From NCBI GenBank assembly GCA_964016885.1, contig OZ024742.1, positions 73,036,001 through 73,100,000 on the forward strand: a stretch of 64,000 bases of DNA, in the 5' to 3' direction. The DNA comes from Eledone cirrhosa. Taxonomy: Eukaryota. This document shows positions 1-15,500 of the stretch, piece by piece (position 1 is the stretch's first letter; the number at the start of each line of letters is the position of its first letter). Under the pieces are notes generated by a model, which ran no database searches, was not told the DNA's origin, and worked only from the letters and a program-made list of their open reading frames with translations. Both the position numbers and the translations under genes were made by a program.

Positions 1-3000
1 TATAGAAGACTGTAGCAAGACAGTATATTATAGAAGACTATAGCAATACAGTGTATTATAGAAGACTATAGTACTACGGTATATTGTAAAAGACTATAGC
101 AAGACAGTGTATTATAGAAGACTATAGCAATACAGTGTATTATAGAAGACTATAGCAAGACAGTGTATTATAGAAGACTATAACAAGAGAGTGTATTATA
201 AAAGACTATAGTACTACAGTGTATCAGAGAAGACATTAGCAAGACAGTGTATTATAGAAGACTATAGCAATACAGTGTATTATAGAAGACTATAGCAAGA
301 CAGTGTATTATAGAAGTCTATAGCAAGACAGTGTATTATATAAGACTATAGCAATACAGTGTATTATAGAAGACAATAGCAATACAGTGTATTATAGTAG
401 ACTATAGCAAGACAGTGTATTATAGAAGACTATAGCAATACAGTGTATTATAGAAGTCTATAGCAAGACAGTGTATTATAGTAGACTATAGCAATACAGT
501 GTATTATAGAAGACTATAGCAATACAGTGTATTATAGAAGTCTATAGCAAGACAGTGTATTATATAAGACTATAGCAATACAGTGTATTATAGTAGACTA
601 TAGCAATACAGTGTATAATAGAAGACTATAGCAATACAGTGTATTATAGAAGACTATAGCAATACTGTGTATTATAGAAGACTATAGCAAGACAGTGTAT
701 TATAGAAGACTATAGCAAGACAGTGTATTATAGAAGACTATAGTACTAGAGCGTATTATAGAAGACTATAGCAATACAGAGAATTATAGAAGACTATAGT
801 ACTACAGTATATTATAGAAGAATTATGGCAAGACAGTGTATTATAGAAGACTATAGCAATACAGTGTATTATAGAAGACTATAGCAATACAGTGTATTAT
901 AGAAGACTATAGCAATGCAGTGTATTATAGAAGACTATGGCAAGACAGTGTATTATAGAAGACTATAGTACTACAGTGCATTATAGAAGACTATAGCAAG
1001 ACAGTGTATTATAGAAGACTATAGTACTACAGTATATTATAGAAGACTATAGTACTACAGTGTATTAGAGAAGACGATAGCAAGACAGTATATTATAGAC
1101 TATAGCAATACAGTGTATTATAGAAGACTATAGCAAGACAGTGTATTATAGAAAACTATAACAATACAGTGTATTATAGAAGACTATAGCAAGACAGTGT
1201 ATTATAGAAGACTATAGCAATACAGTGTATTATAGAAGACTATAGCAATACAGTGTATTATAGAAGACTATAGCAATAAAGTGTATTATAGAAGACTATA
1301 TCAATACAGTGTATTATAGAAGACTATATCAATACAGTGTATTATAGAAGACTATAGCAATACAGTGTATTATAGAAGACTATAGCAATAAAGTGTATTA
1401 TAGAAGACTATATCAATACAGTGTATTATAGAAGACTATAGCAATACAGTGTATTATAGAAGACTATAGCAAGACAGTGTATTATAGAAGACTATAGTAC
1501 TACAGTATATTGTAGAAGACTATAGCAATACAGTGTATTATAGAAGACTATAGTACTACAGTGTATTATAGAAGACTATAACAAGACAGTGTATTATAGA
1601 AGACTATAGTACAACAGTATATTGTAGAAGACTAAGCAATACAGTGTATTATAGAAGACTATAGTACTACGGTATATTGTAAAAGACTATAGCAAGACAG
1701 TGTATTATAGTAGACTATAGCAATACAGTGTATTATAGAAGACTGTAGCAAGACAGTATATTATAGAAGACTATAGCAATACAGTGTATGATAGAATACT
1801 ATAGTACTACGGTATATTGTAAAAGACTATAGCAAGACAGTGTATTATAGAAGACTATAGCAATACAGTGTATTATAGAAGACTATAGCAAGACAGTATA
1901 TTATAGAAGACTATAGCAAGACAGTGTATTATAGAAGACTATAACAAGAGAGTGTATTATAGAAGACTATAGTACTACAGTGTATAAGAGAAGACATTAG
2001 CAAGACAGTGTATTATAGAAGACTATAGCAAGACAGTGTATTATATAAGACTATAGCAATACAGTGTATTATAGAAGACTATAGCAATACAGTGTATTAT
2101 AGAAGACTATAGCAAGACAGTGTATTATAGAAGACTATAGCAAGACAGTATATTATAGAAGACTAAGCAATACAGTGTATTATAGAAGACTATAGTACTA
2201 CGGTATATTGTAAAAGACTATAGCAAGACAGTGTATTATAGTAGACTATAGCAATACAGTGTATTATAGAAGACTGTAGCAAGACAGTATATTATAGAAG
2301 ACTATAGCAAGACAGTGTATTATAGAAGACTATAACAAGAGAGTGTATTATAAAAGATTATAGTACTACAGTGTATCAGAGAAGACATTAGCAAGACAGT
2401 GTATTATAGAAGACTATAGCAATACAGTGTATTATAGAAGACTATAGCAAGACAGTGTATTATAGAAGTCTATAGCAAGACAGTGTATTATATAAGACTA
2501 TAGCAATACAGTGTATTATAGAAGACAATAGCAATACAGTGTATTATAGTAGACTATAGCAAGACAGTGTATTATAGAAGACTATAGCAATACAGTGTAT
2601 TATAGAAGTCTATAGCAAGACAGTGTATTATAGTAGACTATAGCAATACAGTGTATTATAGAAGACTATAGCAATACAGTGTATTATAGAAGTCTATAGC
2701 AAGACAGTGTATTATATAAGACTATAGCAATACAGTGTATTATAGTAGACTATAGCAATACAGTGTATAATAGAAGACTATAGCAATACAGTGTATTATA
2801 GAAGACTATAGCAATACTGTGTATTATAGAAGACTATAGCAAGACAGTGTATTATAGAAGACTATAGCAAGACAGTGTATTATAGAAGACTATAGTACTA
2901 GAGCGTATTATAAAAGACTATAGCAATACAGAGAATTATAGAAGACTATAGTACTACAGTATATTATAGAAGAATTATGGCAAGACAGTGTATTATAGAA

Positions 3001-5379
3001 GACTATAGCAATACAGTGTATTATAGAAGACTATAGCAAGACAGTGTATTATAGAAGACTATACCATACATTTTATTGTAGTAGTCTATAGTAAGAAAGT
3101 GTATTATAGAAGACTATAGCAAGACAGTGTATCAGAGAAGACATTAGCAAGATAGTATATTATAGAAGACTATAGCAAGACAGTGTATTATAGAAGACTA
3201 TAGCAATACAGTGTATTATAGAAGACTATGGCAAGACAGTGTATTATAGAAGACTATAGCAATACAGTGTATTATAGAAGACTATGGCAAGACAGTGTAT
3301 TATAGAAGACTATAGCAATACAGTGTATTATAGAAGACTATGGCAAGACAGTGTATTATAGAAGACTATAGCAATACAGTGTATTATAGAAGACTATAGC
3401 AATACAGTGTATTATAGAAGACTATAGCAATACAGTGTATTATAGAAGACTATGGCAAGACAGTGTATTATAGAAGACTATAGTACTACAGTGCATTATA
3501 GAAGACTATAGCAAGACAGTGTATTATAGAAGACTATAGTACTACAGTATATTATAGAAGAGTATAGTACTACAGTGTATTAGAGAAGACGATAGCAAGA
3601 CAGTATATTATAGACTATAGTAATACAGTGTATTATAGAAGACTATAGCAAGACAGTGTATTATAGAAGACTATAGCAATACAGTGTATTATAGAAGACT
3701 ATAGCAATACAGTGTATTATAGAAGACTATAGCAATACAGTGTATTATAGAAGACTATAGCAATACAGTGTATTATAGAAGACTATAGCAATAAAGTGTA
3801 TTATAGAAGACTATATCAATACAGTGTATTATAGAAGACTATATCAATACAGTGTATTATAGAAGACTATAGCAATACAGTGTATTATAGAAGACTATAG
3901 CAATAAAGTGTATTATAGAAGACTATATCAATACAGTGTATTATAGAAGACTATAGCAATACAGTGTATTATAGAAGACTATAGCAAGACAGTGTATTAT
4001 AGAAGACTATAGCAAGACAGTGTATTATAGAAGACTATAGCAATACAGTGTATTATAGAAGACTATAGCAATAAAGTGTATTATAGAAGACTATATCAAT
4101 ACAGTGTATTATAATAGACTATAGTACTACAGTGTATTATAGAAGACTATAGCAAGACAGTGTATTATAGAAGACTATAGCAATACAGTGTATTATAGAA
4201 GACTATAGCAATACAGTGTATTATAGAAGACTATAGCAATACAGTGTATTATAGAAGACTATAGCAAGACAGTGTATTATAGAAGACTATAGCAAGACAG
4301 TGTATTATAGAAGACTATAGCAATACAGTGTATTATAGAAGACTATAGCAAGACAGTGTATTATAGAAGACTATAGCAATGCAGTGTATTATAGAAGACT
4401 ATAGAAAGACAATGTATTACAGAAGACTATAGCAAGACAGTATATTATAGAAGACTATAGCAATACAGTGTATAATAGAAGACTATAGCAAGACAGTGTA
4501 TTATAGAAGACTATAGCAATACAGTGTATTATAGATGACTATAGCAAGACAGTATATTATAGAAGACTATAGCAATGCAGTGTATTATAGAAGACTATAG
4601 AAAGACAATGTATTACAGAAGACTATAGCAAGACAGTGTATTATAGAAGACTATAGCAATACAGTGATATTATAGAAGACTATAGCAATACAGTGTATTA
4701 TAGAAGACTATAGCAAGACAGTGTATTATAGAAGACTATAGTACTACAGTATATTATAGAAGACTATAGTACTACAGTGTATTAGAGAAGACGATAGCAA
4801 GACAGTATATTATAGACTATAGCAATAAAGTGTATTATAGAAGACTATAGCAAGACAGTGTATTATAGAAGACTATAGCAATACAGTGTATTATAGAAGA
4901 CTATAGCAAGACAGTGTATTGTAGAAGACTATAGTACTACAGTATATTATAGAAGACTATAGTACTACAGTGTATTAGAGAAGACGATAGCAAGACAGTA
5001 TATTATAGACTATAGCAATACAGTGTATTATAGAAGACTATAGCAAGACAGTGTATTATAGAAGACTATAGCAATACAGTGTATTATAGAAGACTATAGC
5101 AATACAGTGTATTATAGATGACTATAGCAAGACAGTATATTATAGAAGACTATAGCAATACAGTGTATTATAGAAGACTATAGAAAGACAATGTATTATA
5201 GAAGACTATAGCAAGACAGTATATTATAGAAGACTATAGCAAGACAGTGTATTATAGAAGACTATAGCAATACAGTGTATTATAGAAGACTATAGCAATA
5301 CAGTGTATTATAGAAGACTATACCATACATTTTATTGTAGTAGTCTATAGTAAGACAGTGTATTATAGAAAACTATAGC

Positions 5380-7330
5380 AAGACAGTGTATTATAGAAGA
5401 CTATAGTACTATGGTATATTGTAGAAGACTATAACAAGACAGTGTATTATAGAAGACTATAGCAAGACAGTGTATTATAGAAGAATATAGTACTACAGTG
5501 TATCAGAGAAGACATTAGCAAGACAGTATATTATAGTAGACTATAGCAATACAGTGTATTATAGAAGACTATAGCAATACAGTGTATTATAGAAGACTAT
5601 AGCAATACATTGTATTATAGAAGACTATAGCAAGACATTGTATTATAGTAGACTATAGCAATGCAGTGTATTATAGATGACTATAGCAATACAGTGTATT
5701 ATAGATGACTATAGCAATACAGTGTATTATAGAACACTATAGTACTACAGTGTATTATAGAAGACTATAGCAAGACAGTGTATTATAGAACACTATAGTA
5801 CTACAGTATATTATAGAAAACTATAGTACTACAGTGAATTAGAGAAGACGATAGCAAGACAGTATATTATAGACTATAGCAATACAGTGTATTATAGAAG
5901 ACTATAGCAAGACAGTGTATTACAGAAAACTATAGCAATACAGTGTATTATAGAAGACTATAGCAATACAGTGTATTATAGAAGACTATAGCAAGACAGT
6001 GTATTATAGAAGACTATACCATACATTTTATTGTAGTAGTCTATAGTAAAACAGTGTATTATAGAAGACTATAGCAAGACAGTGTATTATAGAAGACTAT
6101 AGCAATGCAGTGTATTATAGAAGACTATAGCAAGACAGTGTATTATAGAAGACTATAGTACTACGGTATATTGTAGAAAACTATAGCAAGACAGTGTATT
6201 ATAGAAGACTATAGCAAGTCAGTGTATTATAGAAGACTATAGTACTACAGTGTATCAGAGAAGACATTAGCAAGACAGTATATTATAGTAGACTATAGCA
6301 ATACAGTGTATTATAGAAGACTATAGCAAGACAGTGTATTATAGAAGACTATAGCAATACAGTGTATTATAGAAGACTATAGTACTATGGTATATTGTAG
6401 AAGACTATAACAAGACAGTGTATTATAGAAGACTATAGCAAGACAGTGTATTATAGAAGAATATAGTACTACAGTGTATCAGAGAAGACATTAGCAAGAC
6501 AGTATATTATAGTAGACTATAGCAATACAGTGTATTATAGAAGACTATAGCAATACAGTGTATTATAGAAGACTATAGCAATACATTGTATTATAGAAGA
6601 CTATAGCAAGACATTGTATTATAGTAGACTATAGCAATGCAGTGTATTATAGATGACTATAGCAATACAGTGTATTATAGATGACTATAGCAATACAGTG
6701 TATTATAGAACACTATAGTACTACAGTGTATTATAGAAGACTATAGCAAGACAGTGTATTATAGAAGACTATAGTACTACAGTATATTATAGAAAACTAT
6801 AGTACTACAGTGAATTAGAGAAGACGATAGCAAGACAGTATATTATAGACTATAGCAATACAGTGTATTATAGAAGACTATAGCAAGACAGTGTATTACA
6901 GAAAACTATAGCAATACAGTGTATTATAGAAGACTATAGCAAGACAGTGTATTATAGAAGACTATAGCAATACAGTGTATTATAGAAGACTATAGCAAGA
7001 CAGTGTATTATAGAAGACTATACCATACATTTTATTGTAGTAGTCTATAGTAAAACAGTGTATTATAGAAGACTATAGCAAGACAGTGTATTATAGAAGA
7101 CTATAGCAATGCAGTGTATTATAGAAGACTATAGCAAGACAGTGTATTATAGAAGACTATAGTACTACGGTATATTGCAGAAAACTATAGCAAGACAGTG
7201 TATTATAGAAGACTATAGCAAGTCAGTGTATTATAGAAGACTATAGTACTACAGTGTATCAGAGAAGACATTAGCAAGACAGTATATTATAGTAGACTAT
7301 AGCAATACAGTGTATTATAGAAGACTATAG
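5380..7330. repeat. About 976-bp tandem sub-block duplication within the satellite
   Basis: CTATAGTACTATGG occurs at 5401 and 6377, each followed by the same ordered variant series. The offset later shifts by one monomer. Confidence 0.75.
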
Positions 7331-8399
7331 CAAGACAGTGTATTATAGAAGACTATAGCAATACAGTGTATTATAGAAGACTATAGTACTACAGTGTATT
7401 ATAGAGAACTATAGCAAGACAGTGTATTATAGAAGACCATAGTACTACAGTATATTATAGAAGACTATAGTACTACAGTGTATTAGAGAAGACGGTAGCA
7501 AGACAGTATATTGTAGACTATAGCAATACAATGTATTATAGAAGACTGTAGCAAGACAGTGTATTATAGAAGACTATAGCAATACAGTGTATTATAGAAG
7601 ACTATAGCAAGACAGTGTATTATAGAAGACTATACCATACATTTTATTGTAGTAGTCTATAGTAAAACAGTGTATTATAGAAGACTATAGCAATGCAGTG
7701 TATTATAGAAGACTATAGCAAGACAGTGTATTATAGAAGACTATAGTACTACGGTATATTGTAGAAAACTATAGCAAGACAGTGTATTATAGAAGACTAT
7801 AGCAAGTCAGTGTATTATAGAAGACTATAGTACTACAGTGTATCAGAGAAGACATTAGCAAGACAGTATATTATAGTAGACTATAGCAATACAGTGTATT
7901 ATAGAAGACTATAGCAAGACAGTGTATTATAGAAGACTATAGCAAGACAGTGTATTATAGAAGACTATAGTACTACAGTGTATTATAGAGGACTATAGCA
8001 AGACAGTGTATTATAGAAGACTATAGTACTACAGTATATTATAGAAGACTATAGCACTACAGTGTATTAGAGAAGACGATAGCAAGACAGTATATTATAG
8101 ACTATAGCAATACAATGTATTATAGAAGACTATAGCAAGACAGTGTATTATAGAAAACTATAGCAATACAGTGTATTATAGAAGACTGTAGCAAGACAGT
8201 GTATTATAGAAGACTATAGCAATACAGTGTATTATAGAAGACTATAGCAAGACAGTGTATTATAGAAGACTATACCATACATTTTATTGTAGTAGTCTAT
8301 AGTAAAACAGTGTATTATAGAAGACTATAGCAAGACAGTGTAATTTAGAAGACTATAGCAATGCAGTGTATTATAGAAGACTATAGCAAGACAGTGTAT

Positions 8400-11300
8400 T
8401 ATAGAAGATTATAGTACTACGGTATATTGTAGAAAACTATAGCAAGACAGTGTATTATAGAAGACTATAGCAAGTCAGTGTATTATAGAAGACTATAGTA
8501 CTACAGTGTATCAGAGAAGACATTAGCAAGACAGTATATTATAGTAGACTATAGCAAGACAGTGTATTATAGAAGACTATAGCAAGACAGTGTATTATAG
8601 AAGACTATAGCAAGACAGTGTATTATAGAAGACTATAGTACTACAGTGTATTATAGAGGACTATAGCAAGACAGTGTATTATAGAAGACTATAGTACTAC
8701 AGTATATTATAGAAGACTATAGCACTACAGTGTATTAGAGAAGACGATAGCAAGACAGTATATTATAGACTATGGCAATACAATGTATTATAGAAGACTA
8801 TAGCAAGACAGTGTATTATAGAAAACTATAGCAATACAGTGTATTATAGAAGACTGTAGCAAGACAGTGTATTATAGAAGACTATAGCAATACAGTGTAT
8901 TATAGAAGACTATAGTACTACAGTATATTATAGAAGACTATAGTACTACAGTGTATTATAGAAGACTATAGCAAGACAGTGTATTATAGAAAACTATAAC
9001 AATACAGTGTATTATAGAAGACTATAGCAAGACAGTGTATTATAGAAGACTATAGCATTACAGTGTATTATAGAAGACTATAGCAATACAGTGTATTATA
9101 GATGACTATAGCAATACAGTGTATTATAGATGACTATAAGCAAGACAGTGTATTATAGAAGACTATAGCAATGCAGTGTATTATAGAAGACTATAGAAAG
9201 ACAATGTATTACAGAAGACTATAGCAAGACAGAATATTATAGAAGACTATAGCAAGACAGTGTATTATAGAAGACTATAGCAATGCAGTGTATTATAGAA
9301 GACTATAGAAAGACAATGTATTACAGAAGACTATAGCAAGACAGTATATTATAGAAGACTATAGCAAGACAGTGTATTATAGAAGACTATAGTACTACAG
9401 TGTATTAGAGAAGACGATAGCAAGACAGTATATTATAGACTATAGCAATACAGTGTATTATAGAAGACTATAGCAAGACAGTGTATTATAGAAGACTATA
9501 GCAATACAGTGTATTATAGAAGACTATAGCAATACAGTGTATTATAGATGACTATAGCAAGACAGTGTATTATAGAAGACTATAGTACTACAGTATATTA
9601 TAGAAGACTATAGTACTACAGTGTATTAGAGAAGACGATAGCAAGACAGTATATTATAGACTATAGCAATACAGTGTATTATAGAAGACTATAGCAAGAC
9701 AGTGTATTATAGAAGACTATAGCAATACAGTGTATTATAGAAGACTATAGCAATACAGTGTATTATAGATGACTATAGCAAGACAGTATATTATAGAAGA
9801 CTATAGCAATACAGTGTATTATAGAAGACTATAGCAATACAGTGTATTATAGAAGACTATAGCAATACAGTGTATTATAGATGACAATAGCAATACAGTG
9901 TATTATAGATGACTATAGCAATACAGTGTATTATAGAAGACTATAGCAATACAGTGTATTATAGAAGACTATAGCAAGAGAGTGTATTATAGAAGACTAT
10001 ACCATACATTTTATTGTAGTAGTCTATAGTAAGACAGTGTATTATAGAAAACTATAGCAAGACAGTGTATTATAGAAGACTATAGTACTATGGTATATTG
10101 TAGAAGACTATAACAAGACAGTGTATTATAGAAGACTATAGCAAGACGGTGTATTATAGAAGAATATAGTACTACAGTGTATCAGAGAAGACATTAGCAA
10201 GACAGTATATTATAGTAGACTATAGCAATACAGTGTATTATAGAAGACTATAGCAATACATTGTATTATAGAAGACTATAGCAAGACATTGTATTATAGT
10301 AGACTATAGGAATGCAGTGTATTATAGATGACTATAGCAATACAGTGTATTATAGAACACTATAGTACTACAGTGTATTATAGAAGACTATAGCAAGACA
10401 GTGTATTATAGAAGACTATAGTACTACAGTATATTATAGAAAACTATAGTACTACAGTGAATTAGAGAAGACGATAGCAAGACAGTATATTATAGACTAT
10501 AGCAATACAGTGTATTATAGAAGACTATAGCAAGACAGTGTATTACAGAAAACTATAGCAATACAGTGTATTATAGAAGACTATAGCAAGACAGTGTATT
10601 ATAGAAGACTATAGCAATACAGTGTATTATAGAAGACTATAGCAAGACAGTGTATTATAGAAGACTATAGCAATACAGTGTATTATAGAAGACTATAGCA
10701 AGACAGTGTATTATAGAAGACTATAGCAATGCAGTGTATTATAGAAGACTATAGCAAGACAGTGTATTATAGAAGACTATAGCAAGACAGTGTATTATAG
10801 AAGATTATAGTACTACGGTATATTGTAGAAAACTATAGCAAGACAGTGTATTATAGAAGACTATAGCAAGTCAGTGTATTATAGAAGACTATAGTACTAC
10901 AGTGTATCAGAGAAGACATTAGCAAGACAGTATATTATAGTAGACTATAGCAAGACAGTGTATTATAGAAGACTATAGCAAGACAGTGTATTATAGAAGA
11001 CTATAGCAAGACAGTGTATTATAGAAGACTATAGTACTACAGTGTATTATAGAGGACTATAGCAAGACAGTGTATTATAGAAGACTATAGTACTACAGTA
11101 TATTATAGAAGACTATAGCACTACAGTGTATTAGAGAAGACGATAGCAAGACAGTATATTATAGACTATGGCAATACAATGTATTATAGAAGACTATAGC
11201 AAGACAGTGTATTATAGAAAACTATAGCAATACAGTGTATTATAGAAGACTGTAGCAAGACAGTGTATTATAGAAGACTATAGCAATACAGTGTATTATA

Positions 11301-12510
11301 GAAGACTATAGTACTACAGTATATTATAGAAGACTATAGTACTACAGTGTATTATAGAAGACTATAGCAAGACAGTGTATTATAGAAAACTATAACAATA
11401 CAGTGTATTATAGAAGACTATAGCAAGACAGTGTATTATAGAAGACTATAGCATTACAGTGTATTATAGAAGACTATAGCAATACAGTGTATTATAGATG
11501 ACTATAGCAATACAGTGTATTATAGATGACTATAAGCAAGACAGTGTATTATAGAAGACTATAGCAATGCAGTGTATTATAGAAGACTATAGAAAGACAA
11601 TGTATTACAGAAGACTATAGCAAGACAGAATATTATAGAAGACTATAGCAAGACAGTGTATTATAGAAGACTATAGCAATGCAGTGTATTATAGAAGACT
11701 ATAGAAAGACAATGTATTACAGAAGACTATAGCAAGACAGTATATTATAGAAGACTATAGCAAGACAGTGTATTATAGAAGACTATAGTACTACAGTGTA
11801 TTAGAGAAGACGATAGCAAGACAGTATATTATAGACTATAGCAATACAGTGTATTATAGAAGACTATAGCAAGACAGTGTATTATAGAAGACTATAGCAA
11901 TACAGTGTATTATAGAAGACTATAGCAATACAGTGTATTATAGATGACTATAGCAAGACAGTGTATTATAGAAGACTATAGTACTACAGTATATTATAGA
12001 AGACTATAGTACTACAGTGTATTAGAGAAGACGATAGCAAGACAGTATATTATAGACTATAGCAATACAGTGTATTATAGAAGACTATAGCAAGACAGTG
12101 TATTATAGAAGACTATAGCAATACAGTGTATTATAGAAGACTATAGCAATACAGTGTATTATAGATGACTATAGCAAGACAGTATATTATAGAAGACTAT
12201 AGCAATACAGTGTATTATAGAAGACTATAGCAATACAGTGTATTATAGAAGACTATAGCAATACAGTGTATTATAGATGACAATAGCAATACAGTGTATT
12301 ATAGATGACTATAGCAATACAGTGTATTATAGAAGACTATAGCAATACAGTGTATTATAGAAGACTATAGCAAGAGAGTGTATTATAGAAGACTATACCA
12401 TACATTTTATTGTAGTAGTCTATAGTAAGACAGTGTATTATAGAAAACTATAGCAAGACAGTGTATTATAGAAGACTATAGTACTATGGTATATTGTAGA
12501 AGACTATAAC
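8400..12510. repeat. 2,396-bp higher-order repeat (about 1.7 units here; repeated at about 18850-24050)
   Basis: Markers at +2396: GATTATAGTACTACGG 8407/10803; TGACTATAAG 9131/11527; GCAAGACGGT 20594/22990. Confidence 0.88.
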
Positions 12511-15500
12511 AATACAGTGTATTATAGAAGACTATAGCAATACAGTGTATTATAGAAGACTATAGCAAGACAGTGTATTATAGAAGACTATAGCAAGACA
12601 GTATATTATAGAAGACTAAGCAATACAGTGTATTATAGAAGACTATAGTACTACGGTATATTGTAAAAGACTATAGCAAGACAGTGTATTATAGTAGACT
12701 ATAGCAATACAGTGTATTATAGAAGACTGTAGCAAGACAGTATATTATAGAAGACTATAGCAAGACAGTGTATTATAGAAGACTATAACAAGAGAGTGTA
12801 TTATAAAAGATTATAGTACTACAGTGTATCAGAGAAGACATTAGCAAGACAGTGTATTATAGAAGACTATAGCAATACAGTGTATTATAGAAGACTATAG
12901 CAAGACAGTGTATTATAGAAGTCTATAGCAAGACAGTGTATTATATAAGACTATAGCAATACAGTGTATTATAGAAGACAATAGCAATACAGTGTATTAT
13001 AGTAGACTATAGCAAGACAGTGTATTATAGAAGACTATAGCAATACAGTGTATTATAGAAGTCTATAGCAAGACAGTGTATTATAGTAGACTATAGCAAT
13101 ACAGTGTATTATAGAAGACTATAGCAATACAGTGTATTATAGAAGTCTATAGCAAGACAGTGTATTATATAAGACTATAGCAATACAGTGTATTATAGTA
13201 GACTATAGCAATACAGTGTATAATAGAAGACTATAGCAATACAGTGTATTATAGAAGACTATAGCAATACTGTGTATTATAGAAGACTATAGCAAGACAG
13301 TGTATTATAGAAGACTATAGCAAGACAGTGTATTATAGAAGACTATAGTACTAGAGCGTATTATAAAAGACTATAGCAATACAGAGAATTATAGAAGACT
13401 ATAGTACTACAGTATATTATAGAAGAATTATGGCAAGACAGTGTATTATAGAAGACTATAGCAATACAGTGTATTATAGAAGACTATAGCAAGACAGTGT
13501 ATTATAGAAGACTATACCATACATTTTATTGTAGTAGTCTATAGTAAGAAAGTGTATTATAGAAGACTATAGCAAGACAGTGTATCAGAGAAGACATTAG
13601 CAAGATAGTATATTATAGAAGACTATAGCAAGACAGTGTATTATAGAAGACTATAGCAATACAGTGTATTATAGAAGACTATGGCAAGACAGTGTATTAT
13701 AGAAGACTATAGCAATACAGTGTATTATAGAAGACTATGGCAAGACAGTGTATTATAGAAGACTATAGCAATACAGTGTATTATAGAAGACTATGGCAAG
13801 ACAGTGTATTATAGAAGACTATAGCAATACAGTGTATTATAGAAGACTATAGCAATACAGTGTATTATAGAAGACTATAGCAATACAGTGTATTATAGAA
13901 GACTATGGCAAGACAGTGTATTATAGAAGACTATAGTACTACAGTGCATTATAGAAGACTATAGCAAGACAGTGTATTATAGAAGACTATAGTACTACAG
14001 TATATTATAGAAGAGTATAGTACTACAGTGTATTAGAGAAGACGATAGCAAGACAGTATATTATAGACTATAGTAATACAGTGTATTATAGAAGACTATA
14101 GCAAGACAGTGTATTATAGAAGACTATAGCAATACAGTGTATTATAGAAGACTATAGCAATACAGTGTATTATAGAAGACTATAGCAATACAGTGTATTA
14201 TAGAAGACTATAGCAATACAGTGTATTATAGAAGACTATAGCAATAAAGTGTATTATAGAAGACTATATCAATACAGTGTATTATAGAAGACTATATCAA
14301 TACAGTGTATTATAGAAGACTATAGCAATACAGTGTATTATAGAAGACTATAGCAATAAAGTGTATTATAGAAGACTATATCAATACAGTGTATTATAGA
14401 AGACTATAGCAATACAGTGTATTATAGAAGACTATAGCAAGACAGTGTATTATAGAAGACTATAGCAAGACAGTGTATTATAGAAGACTATAGCAATACA
14501 GTGTATTATAGAAGACTATAGCAATAAAGTGTATTATAGAAGACTATATCAATACAGTGTATTATAATAGACTATAGTACTACAGTGTATTATAGAAGAC
14601 TATAGCAAGACAGTGTATTATAGAAGACTATAGCAATACAGTGTATTATAGAAGACTATAGCAATACAGTGTATTATAGAAGACTATAGCAATACAGTGT
14701 ATTATAGAAGACTATAGCAAGACAGTGTATTATAGAAGACTATAGCAAGACAGTGTATTATAGAAGACTATAGCAATACAGTGTATTATAGAAGACTATA
14801 GCAAGACAGTGTATTATAGAAGACTATAGCAATGCAGTGTATTATAGAAGACTATAGAAAGACAATGTATTACAGAAGACTATAGCAAGACAGTATATTA
14901 TAGAAGACTATAGCAATACAGTGTATAATAGAAGACTATAGCAAGACAGTGTATTATAGAAGACTATAGCAATACAGTGTATTATAGATGACTATAGCAA
15001 GACAGTATATTATAGAAGACTATAGCAATGCAGTGTATTATAGAAGACTATAGAAAGACAATGTATTACAGAAGACTATAGCAAGACAGTGTATTATAGA
15101 AGACTATAGCAATACAGTGATATTATAGAAGACTATAGCAATACAGTGTATTATAGAAGACTATAGCAAGACAGTGTATTATAGAAGACTATAGTACTAC
15201 AGTATATTATAGAAGACTATAGTACTACAGTGTATTAGAGAAGACGATAGCAAGACAGTATATTATAGACTATAGCAATAAAGTGTATTATAGAAGACTA
15301 TAGCAAGACAGTGTATTATAGAAGACTATAGCAATACAGTGTATTATAGAAGACTATAGCAAGACAGTGTATTGTAGAAGACTATAGTACTACAGTATAT
15401 TATAGAAGACTATAGTACTACAGTGTATTAGAGAAGACGATAGCAAGACAGTATATTATAGACTATAGCAATACAGTGTATTATAGAAGACTATAGCAAG

